From assembly GCA_022508345.1 (NCBI GenBank), contig JAFLVK010000001.1, positions 164,371 through 228,370 on the forward strand: a stretch of DNA of 64,000 nucleotides, written 5' to 3'. This document shows, in pieces, positions 55,369-63,292 of the stretch. Origin of the DNA: Clostridiales bacterium. Lineage in GTDB: Bacteria; Bacillota; Clostridia; Christensenellales; CAG-314. Position 1 is the stretch's first letter. Every line of letters begins with the position of its first letter. The position numbers and the translations under genes are program-made. The notes under the pieces were generated by a model that saw only the letters and a list, made by a program, of their open reading frames with translations, searched no databases and was not told the DNA's origin.

Positions 55369-57171
55369 TTATAATATATCAGCAATAGTAATTTTTATAT
55401 ATTCGCGCAAATACTTAAATGGGAATGGCACAACTGTTAACTGTCCGTTGCGAACAAATGTAACCGACATTAATGGCAGCAAATCATCAAACATAACAGT
55501 TGCATTTTTGTGCGCTTCTATTAATCTAATATTAGCTGCTCGATTAATTTTTCTCTTCATTCCTTCTCCGATTTCGCCGACAAAATAATATTGTATGCCA
55601 TCAATTTTAAACATCTTAATATCTAAGCACGCTGATAGTAGTTTTTCTCGCATTGCTTTACCACGCAGCTTTGTATTTCCGCTTTCAAGTTCTGCTTTGA
55701 TACTATCAATCATCGGAATAGTAAACCAATCGGTATCTTTAATAATGTTAATTTCATTTTTCGAGTTTTTTATAATACCGTTAATCTTTTCCGATCTTAA
55801 TTTGGCATCCTCAAATATTTCAACACATTCGCTATATTCTGTTAAGTTAAACAAATCTAACTTCGTTTCTCTAAATTCAAATGTACCATCTGGATGTATA
55901 TTCATAAAGAAAGATCTATCCTCATGCGTCACGCCAAAAGAAATGTTTTCATTGTAACCAAGCTTGTCCCATTCAAACAAAGAAATGCGTTTTGTCTTGA
56001 TGTCGTCCTTAATTAACAATTCGTTAACTACCGTTTTAATCGCAAATTCAGCACAGTCGACGAAATCTTCCAATGTGATATGCTGAATAACCGCATCGTT
56101 ATATTCTTCATAAGCATCCTCATTTCCGCCATAATACTCGGCATTATGAATAACGCATATATTTAAACTTTGTTTGTTGATTTTTTTGCTTAAGTTTGCA
56201 TTTATACTGTATGTATCATATAAAAGTTGTTGGATTTCCGAACAAAATCTTTTTGAGTATTCGTCAGATATTTTATCAACAATGTTTATTGACTTGGAAG
56301 TCAAAATCGTCTCGATACGTTTTTTATTTTCTCGTTTTTCCACATGTGAATAATCAAGTGAAGAATACTCCTCTATCTTTTCGAGCTTTATTTGCGCATA
56401 TTTTGCATGCTTGCCATTAAACTCATTTAAAACTGAATACAAAACGCCTAGCTTACAACAATTAAATTTGTCGATGTCTTCCAAATTTAAAAATGGAATT
56501 TCAATCTTTTTGCCTTCTATTTGTCTTAGTATAAAGGCACCACCTTTATCATCTTTCAACTTGCGTTTTAATGTATAATGTGCTGAAATGACATATTGTG
56601 GATATTCGTCAAATTTTCGCTTTTCGAACACTATATGATTGCGTAATTTAATTGATGTAAAAGTATGAACATTGAACAATAAATGAAAGTCTTTCGTTAT
56701 TCTAATGTCTAGGCAAGGAATTTGCCATATGATTTCATTAGTTTTTTCCTTAGATTTTTTCAACCATTGGGGATGAAAACAGTATAAGTGTCCAGTTAAG
56801 TTATTAAACTTCAAGTTTGTACTCTCAAAATTTCCCATGCCATTTAACAATAATTGCAACGAGATATAATGAGGAAGTTGAGAAAAATTGAGTTGTTGTA
56901 TAGACAAGTTTTCAGATCCTTCGCAACTGTTTAGGATTAGGAGTAATGAATGTCTGTTTTCTTCATTATGTTTCATTAATACATATAACGATTTGCCTTT
57001 TTCAAAATACAATGAATAAACAGAATTTCCAAGGGATGGTGCATCTAATATAAATGCACCACTCCGAATATAATTCTCAGATGTTGATATTTGAAAAACA
57101 TCAAATTGTTTATTTAATTCTGTTATATTCAAAGAGTAGTTTACTCTATTAGTACTAATTGGAAAACTCAT
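55369..57171 (-). CDS. 600-aa protein, possible catalytically inactive Argonaute/PIWI-like protein
   Basis: No catalytic motif found. The C-terminal TVVPFPFKYLREYIK resembles the PIWI C-terminal [ST]VP.P..YA motif. LNICVIHN...YEEYNDAVIQHI resembles a MID strand-helix. The gene overlaps the helicase gene by 17 nt and has AAGGAG 8 nt upstream of its ATG. The fold assignment is inference only. Confidence 0.6.
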   Translation of the reverse strand: MSFPISTNRVNYSLNITELNKQFDVFQISTSENYIRSGAFILDAPSLGNSVYSLYFEKGKSLYVLMKHNEENRHSLLLILNSCEGSENLSIQQLNFSQLPHYISLQLLLNGMGNFESTNLKFNNLTGHLYCFHPQWLKKSKEKTNEIIWQIPCLDIRITKDFHLLFNVHTFTSIKLRNHIVFEKRKFDEYPQYVISAHYTLKRKLKDDKGGAFILRQIEGKKIEIPFLNLEDIDKFNCCKLGVLYSVLNEFNGKHAKYAQIKLEKIEEYSSLDYSHVEKRENKKRIETILTSKSINIVDKISDEYSKRFCSEIQQLLYDTYSINANLSKKINKQSLNICVIHNAEYYGGNEDAYEEYNDAVIQHITLEDFVDCAEFAIKTVVNELLIKDDIKTKRISLFEWDKLGYNENISFGVTHEDRSFFMNIHPDGTFEFRETKLDLFNLTEYSECVEIFEDAKLRSEKINGIIKNSKNEINIIKDTDWFTIPMIDSIKAELESGNTKLRGKAMREKLLSACLDIKMFKIDGIQYYFVGEIGEGMKRKINRAANIRLIEAHKNATVMFDDLLPLMSVTFVRNGQLTVVPFPFKYLREYIKITIADIL

Positions 57172-60100
57172 GAATCAAACTCCTTATTTCTCTAAATGCC
57201 TTTACACTGACCTGCGGTTTTTTATAACCGAAAAACAAACATGGAACATCTACAATTGTGACTTCGCCGGAACTCCGAACAATTGGACGTTCTTCTTTGG
57301 TCAAAATGTTAATAGTCAAAACGCATTTGCATCCACATTTTTTTGCTTTACAAATTATTTTTGATCTCATTTTTTCTTTATCTATAGTCATAGATTCATG
57401 CCAGTGTTTAAAATCAACATATATAGGTGCGTCTTTAACCTTAAAATCAAAACACTCAAATAAGTCATTATCGTTTATTTCATCTAGGTCTATGTCAAAA
57501 TAACGCTTTAAGAGATACCTGCCAACGAATTCACCCAATGCGCCTTTATATATGTTGTTATATAAGGCTGGGGACACAATAAAATTACCCGGTTTAAATG
57601 TGGTTGCATAGTGTTTTTCATTAAATTGATCTTTTACACCTTCTATTTCCATTAAAACATTTAGTCGCGCATCGTGGGCTGACACTTCATAGTTAAAATG
57701 ACTTCTTTGCTGGAATGAAACTAATATGTTATTAAAATCTGATTCTTGCTGGTAAAATATGCGATCTTGTACTTGCGGCAATTTTACATACAGCTGATTT
57801 ATCATAAAATTTTTATCCATATCAATTTCATTTCTAGAGAATGTTGGATTTCGTAACACCATTTCTCGCATTTCCTTCCAATCCTTCATGCTATCATCAG
57901 TCCAATCCTCTCGCAAAATGTTCTGTATAAATTTATTAACACGAACAGATAGTAAAGAGGCCGTATTTTCGGCGATATTGCTATTGTTGATACATGATGT
58001 TGATTGCACCTTACTCATCAGTGCCAAAAACTCAGGATTAAACAAATTACTATTAATAATTGTTTTATCAATATTTTCATGCAATCTACTATCTGCTAGA
58101 ATATAAATTTTTCTTTTCTTCTGATTGGTTCTGCAGATACGACCTATTGCTTGAATTATGGTCCGTGTGCAAAGCAGTTTAACATCCTGCAGGTCATATA
58201 AATTTTTAACCCATTCTGAACGTGCATGACCAGTCATGTAGCATCTAAAAGCCTTTTTTATATGGGAGAACGCTTCCGTCATTGAAAGCTGTCCATTCTG
58301 CTGTAAAAACTCAACATGGAAAATGTATTTGGCAAAGTCCTCCTCTATCAAATGTTCGTCTAGTCGAACCAATAAATTTGTTGGTTTGTCTAAATATATA
58401 GCATCAAAATCTTTCTCGTTTCTAGAATCAAAATCATTTACACCAATTAGCCGTTTTCTATCACCTTGCGGTATAGGATATTGTAAGTTTTGTCCAGCTC
58501 CAATAGTTTGATAAACGGAGATGACGAATAATCTTTCCCCTTTTGCTAAACGCGAAATAATATGTTCTTTTCGAGCATCGTATTCATCTCCATCCAACTG
58601 AATAACTGTATCCTCTTGAAAAACCTCTTTTTTGTTTTCTTCCCATATGTGTTTGAAAATTTTCAACAAAAAATCAATATCAAGCATTGCATTATTTTTT
58701 CGAGGATGTCTGGTTAATACACATAAGAATGATTGAATATCATCATGTTGAACGAAAAATTTAAAAGCGGATGCTACTCGACAGTATCTTTTCTTATCGT
58801 AATTATTACTGTCATCGGAGAACATTATTTCTAAATTTTCATAAACATCATAAACGCGTTCTGTCTTCAAAACTTCTTGCCATGCAGATAGACCATAATT
58901 TGCCTCTGAATTTTCACCAATGATGGACACATCAATATCTATATTGTCATAGCCTTTTGTAGCAATTGCATATTGATCGCTTAACCGCTTCAGATCTTCT
59001 TGCGAGACCTTGCAAAATGCAGTCTTCATTTTTGCTTGTAAATAATCCATGTCATAATTTCCTATATTCGTTGGAATTGTAGCCGTTGCTGAAATACCAA
59101 TTACCTTGGCACGCTCGCAAATTTTCAACAATATTTTTTCTGGAGTATTTTGAAAAGAATACATCATTATTTTAGACTGCATATCATGAAAGGTGTCGTT
59201 CTCAAATGCGTAATATCTGAAACCCCGTTCATAAAACGACAGGTCATAGTTTGCTCCCTCAATGTTGGTAGACCTTTTGGGCGATGCTGATAGTATTTGT
59301 AGTGTAAGGTATTCTATCGAATCATTTGACAATCTGAATTCTGACAAAACCGATCTTATTGCTGATTCCATCGAAAAATCGTCTTCGCCAGTTTTATGTC
59401 TCTCCCGCTTCGTTTCCAGATAATTTATTGCAAGAATGCTGACGCCAATTTGAAAATACGTAATAAATCCGCGCAATTTGCCAAGCATAACATGGATATT
59501 TTGCGAATCATGCTGCGGCTTTTTATCCGCAAACTTTATTTCATTTAGTCTTAACTTTTCATTACTGTATGTATAGATGAAAGATTTATTACCATTCAAT
59601 ATCGAATGAAATTGGTGATCTTGAAATAAAAAATTCTTATTTTGATCTTCTGCTTCCACACTAGTTCTATGACTAAATTTTAAAGAAAAATCTTTGTATA
59701 ATACCTCTGCTTTTGACCTTATATCATCAATAATACCATCAAGTGACTGATCGGCGAATCTACTAGCTTGTCTCTGTCGCGATGCGGTTGTTAAGACAGA
59801 GGGAAATTCAGTGGTTTGCAAACCAGAATAAATTTCTCTAAACAATTCAATATAATCAATTTTATCTCGTAACCCATTTTCTATAATATTGTTTAAAATC
59901 GTTGCCTTTGTTGCGTCAAACTCATCTATAAATATTACTGCATCTTTAATTATGTCTGAATTGTAAAACATATATGACGGTTCAACAATGGTTGAATTTC
60001 TAGAAAGAAATTTATCCATGCTCATAAAAATAATTTGTTTGCTTTGTGTAAATACAGCAGGATATAACCTGCCTAACCATTGCCAACGCTCACTTGTTTT

Positions 60101-60625
60101 TATGGCATAAAGCTTATCTTTAACGGATGTAAATTCTTTATTAAGATACGCTTGTATTAAGCCTCGGAATGCGGGCTCTGTTTTTTCGCGAAGATTTTTC
60201 TCGATGGTCTCCACTAATTGTTTAGTCGTATTATCAGATTTTTGTCTTTTGATAAAAAGAAGATCTTGTTTAAGTGCTCTATATTCGTCTGTTTTTGTTA
60301 TTTCAGATGGCATACTTTTTTCTAATTTGGCATTCCAGTTGGTTAATACAGTATCAATATTGGAATCCAAAAAGACAAATTTTTCATCAAAAAGCACTTG
60401 TTCATTACGTCTAGCAAACCTTTCTTTTAATTCATCAATCGGCAGGTTCTTTTTTTGCGTGGTAATAAAAAACACTTTTTTCTTATCAAACTTATGCGAC
60501 AGCACTGCATCACAAATATAGTCTAAAACAGAATGTGTTTTACCAAATCCTGTTGGCATATCTATTAGTAATAACCCGTTCGATTTGTCATTATTCTCGC
60601 AGTATTTTTTTATGATTTGATACAT
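57155..60625 (-). CDS. SF2 (DinG/DdmD-like) helicase with C-terminal PD-(D/E)xK nuclease-like domain
   Basis: Motif I LIDMPTGFGKTH, II VIFIDEFDAT, III VIGISATATIP, V-like QTIGAGQNL and VI IIQAIGRICR. The C-terminus is GALGEFVGRYLL...ECFDFKV...IYVDFKHW. Start set at ATG 60625 after GAGGTG. Confidence 0.85.
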   Translation of the reverse strand: MYQIIKKYCENNDKSNGLLLIDMPTGFGKTHSVLDYICDAVLSHKFDKKKVFFITTQKKNLPIDELKERFARRNEQVLFDEKFVFLDSNIDTVLTNWNAKLEKSMPSEITKTDEYRALKQDLLFIKRQKSDNTTKQLVETIEKNLREKTEPAFRGLIQAYLNKEFTSVKDKLYAIKTSERWQWLGRLYPAVFTQSKQIIFMSMDKFLSRNSTIVEPSYMFYNSDIIKDAVIFIDEFDATKATILNNIIENGLRDKIDYIELFREIYSGLQTTEFPSVLTTASRQRQASRFADQSLDGIIDDIRSKAEVLYKDFSLKFSHRTSVEAEDQNKNFLFQDHQFHSILNGNKSFIYTYSNEKLRLNEIKFADKKPQHDSQNIHVMLGKLRGFITYFQIGVSILAINYLETKRERHKTGEDDFSMESAIRSVLSEFRLSNDSIEYLTLQILSASPKRSTNIEGANYDLSFYERGFRYYAFENDTFHDMQSKIMMYSFQNTPEKILLKICERAKVIGISATATIPTNIGNYDMDYLQAKMKTAFCKVSQEDLKRLSDQYAIATKGYDNIDIDVSIIGENSEANYGLSAWQEVLKTERVYDVYENLEIMFSDDSNNYDKKRYCRVASAFKFFVQHDDIQSFLCVLTRHPRKNNAMLDIDFLLKIFKHIWEENKKEVFQEDTVIQLDGDEYDARKEHIISRLAKGERLFVISVYQTIGAGQNLQYPIPQGDRKRLIGVNDFDSRNEKDFDAIYLDKPTNLLVRLDEHLIEEDFAKYIFHVEFLQQNGQLSMTEAFSHIKKAFRCYMTGHARSEWVKNLYDLQDVKLLCTRTIIQAIGRICRTNQKKRKIYILADSRLHENIDKTIINSNLFNPEFLALMSKVQSTSCINNSNIAENTASLLSVRVNKFIQNILREDWTDDSMKDWKEMREMVLRNPTFSRNEIDMDKNFMINQLYVKLPQVQDRIFYQQESDFNNILVSFQQRSHFNYEVSAHDARLNVLMEIEGVKDQFNEKHYATTFKPGNFIVSPALYNNIYKGALGEFVGRYLLKRYFDIDLDEINDNDLFECFDFKVKDAPIYVDFKHWHESMTIDKEKMRSKIICKAKKCGCKCVLTINILTKEERPIVRSSGEVTIVDVPCLFFGYKKPQVSVKAFREIRSLIHEFSN

Positions 60626-60785
60626 AAAACACACCTCATCTTATTTGTACAAAAATTGTTCTACCATCGATTTGGGTTTCCTCTCATAAGAGTGAAAAAT
60701 AATTATCAGGAATTCCCTTCGATAAAAGTAGATATATAATATACCTATACAAATATATTTTTGTTAAGCACAATTAAAAATATTA

Positions 60786-60815
60786 TAAAAAGCTATTGCT
60801 CAATTACAATAGCTT
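60786..60815 (-). terminator. Rho-independent terminator ending module 3, upstream of module 2
   Basis: Minus sense aagctattg-taattgag-caatagctt followed by TTTTTAT. It begins about 15 nt after the stop at 60830. Confidence 0.7.
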
Positions 60816-60829
60816 CATATTGATATCGC

Positions 60830-61597
60830 TTAGGATAAAGTTTTATTTTTTATATGATAGGCTATATTACGTGCCTCGCAAAACTCTATTACTTGGTGAG
60901 CTGCATTGTTGAAAAACTCTTTGTGCTGTTTATATGTTGTTGCCACCTTGTTGTAGTGAATACGCCCAAAGATTATTTTGTCAACAAAGCTTATTTCTTC
61001 TAATATTTGTGCCAAATCTTGCTCGCACATATTAGGTGTAGGATACGGCTCAACGCTTACCCATGTCCTAAACCCTGCATCGTGTAACGCACGTAGAGCG
61101 GCTATTCTTTCAGGATACGGTGCTGTGTTACACTCATATTGCACGCGAAAATGATCATCCAAGGATACCAAGGTAATACCATATTCATTTTCATGAGAAT
61201 AGTTGACGAGTTCAATTGGCAAAAGACCTTTTGTCAATACAGTGCACTTTATACCGTTATCATTTAGTGTACCTATTATTTGTAGACTTAAATTTTTTAC
61301 TTCGTCCTGACCATACATAAAAGGATCTGTCATAAAGGACAATTGGACCGATTTAATTTTATTCTTGTATTTAGGTATTTCCTTGTTCAGTATTTCAAGA
61401 GCATTCCCGACAAGCTTGGGCTCACACCAATCTTCATAAGTTTTAACTTGACCAAATCTCTTCTTCATCATCATCGCATAACAAGGATATTTACAACCAT
61501 GTGAACAGCCTTGAACATGATTTATTGTATAATCCCCATATTCCACACCTGTTTTATATAAAAGAGATTTTCGGTTGATCTTTTTCACTTTTTCCAC
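60830..61597 (-). CDS. Radical-SAM-like (SplB/COG1533-like) protein with atypical three-Cys motif CX3CX3C
   Basis: NHVQGCSHGCKYPCYAM resembles the NPY.GC.HGC.YCYA cluster motif but has one extra residue. Downstream blocks FMTDPF, VLTKGLLP, RIAALRALHDAGFRTWVSVEPYP follow the COG1533 layout. 13-nt overlap with the TcmP-like gene. Confidence 0.7.
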   Translation of the reverse strand: MEKVKKINRKSLLYKTGVEYGDYTINHVQGCSHGCKYPCYAMMMKKRFGQVKTYEDWCEPKLVGNALEILNKEIPKYKNKIKSVQLSFMTDPFMYGQDEVKNLSLQIIGTLNDNGIKCTVLTKGLLPIELVNYSHENEYGITLVSLDDHFRVQYECNTAPYPERIAALRALHDAGFRTWVSVEPYPTPNMCEQDLAQILEEISFVDKIIFGRIHYNKVATTYKQHKEFFNNAAHQVIEFCEARNIAYHIKNKTLS

Positions 61598-62786
61598 CTC
61601 ACAGAAACAGTTTTCCCGCGTCCTTCAGACATAAAAGTTGTTGCCTTTCCATTGTTTGTGGTTTGAGGATTGCGAATTACTTCGATGATTCCAGCTTTTT
61701 CCCATGTTTTTAATATGTCTTTGATGTGATTCGTAGCGCAGATTGCTCCATATTCAACAAAAAAGTTCGCCAAAGCCTCATGTAGTGAAATTGCTGTTGT
61801 ATATTTAGAAAAATGGCGCCTTGCTTTTTCTTTGATGTCATCTATGTCTATTATCTCATTGTCAAAGGTCTCTTCAAATAGCGACATTTGTCCATAATTT
61901 TGAATATCTCTAAGGTTTTGCCAACGATTATAAATATTGTCTACCATCAACAGACATCCATCTTTGTGATTAGTGGCATGAACCATTCTGTACTTTGGTC
62001 TTTGTCCTGGTTTTATTCTAAGTGGCAAATTCAAAACATATTTGTAACTATGACTTAGTCTTCTACAATATTCGTCGGCAAATGTTTTCTCTGCTTCATA
62101 GCCGTCGATTTTTGACGCTTTATAATCTTTAATAATTTCTTGCCAATAATCTCCACCTGCAATATCGTTAAGGTCTTGTATTGACTTTTCGGAAGCGACA
62201 AATCTACTGGGTTCATATTCGACTAGGTCATCAAACAATTCCTTATCATCGAATCGTGTTCCTAAAGCATTACAAGCCTCTCTGATAAAACCGAATGAGT
62301 TCAAATTTATTAGCAACTCAATTGAATTAAAGCCACTTCTTGCAAAACCGTCAAACTGCCAACAATTAAGTGCTTTTATACCATATGGATCAATGTATAA
62401 GAACACATTACAATTTCTTTTTTTTTCAAGATGTCGAGAATATTATCCTCATATTTACCCGAATAGATATTTACATACTGATATCCGCACAAATTTTCGC
62501 GTAAATCATCAGCATAATTTAGATCAATAAAATTGGTGCTGATATCAACAGCATCCATAGTTGTGCTACTCACGCAATTTTGTATTATATCTAACGCAAT
62601 CAGTGGCGAACCAGGTTTGCCATCGTCAAACTTACCCTTTCCGGCAAAGCAATCGACGTAAACCAACGGTTTGTATGTATGTAAAATTTTTTGAACGTAC
62701 GGTCTAAAATAACAACCAAGTAGTTCGTCCTTTACCTCAGACCATGCCTTCTTCTCTTTGAAAAAATCATCATTATTTTTCGACAC
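61585..62786 (-). pseudogene. TcmP-like (three-Cys-motif partner protein, methyltransferase-fold-like) gene split by a frameshift at an A9 tract
   Basis: The N-fragment 62376-62786 (KKAWSEVKDELLGCYFRPYV...LVYVDCFAGKGKF...GSPLIAL) and C-fragment 61585-62406 (FLYIDPYGIKAL...) are adjacent frames. The C-fragment frame stays open upstream through EKKRNCNV into the run of nine T (62418-62426, A9 on the coding strand). A 1-nt change there fuses them into one protein of about 400 aa. Confidence 0.7.
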
Positions 62787-62808
62787 TTAATAATCTCCTC
62801 TTTCGCAT

Positions 62809-63267
62809 CTATTTGTCTAGTACAACTACTCCTTTTTCAGTTTCCAGGAGTATCCCTTCTAGCATGCCGCCTTGATTTATGTGGCCGACAACAATTTCGT
62901 CCGCAAGTTCGATAACTTTGAGGTTGCGAATCCGAGCACGTTCGCGAGTTACAATGGGGATATCATCATCGAAGGGTGATACAATCAACATTTGCCCGCT
63001 TTCCACTGCTGCACGGTATTTGGCAGGACACTTGACAAAGATACTTCTTGCCAACACCATTACAATTGGACTTGTCCCCTGCAACAAAATATCCAAGATG
63101 TCCATTTCCAATCTGCTTTGAAAGCCGGAAATTACACACCTCTTTTGCTTTTTAATTTCACTTACCCAGTCATAAGATGCCAGAACAGATTTGCTACTGT
63201 ATTTATCCGAGCAAAGAAAAGCTATCTTTTGAGTATTTAATAGTTGTATATTACCTATTGATTTCAT
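62809..63267 (-). CDS. DprA/Smf-like (SLOG superfamily) Rossmann-fold protein
   Basis: KIAFLCSDKYSSKSVLASYDWV...RCVISGFQSRLEMDILDILL...SPIVMVLARSI...GQMLIVSPF follows the DprA core layout (ivGsR...vvSG.A.GiD...tiaVla.g...llsp). Confidence 0.6.
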   Translation of the reverse strand: MKSIGNIQLLNTQKIAFLCSDKYSSKSVLASYDWVSEIKKQKRCVISGFQSRLEMDILDILLQGTSPIVMVLARSIFVKCPAKYRAAVESGQMLIVSPFDDDIPIVTRERARIRNLKVIELADEIVVGHINQGGMLEGILLETEKGVVVLDK

Positions 63268-63292
63268 TTCGTTAAATAGCTACTTAACACCG

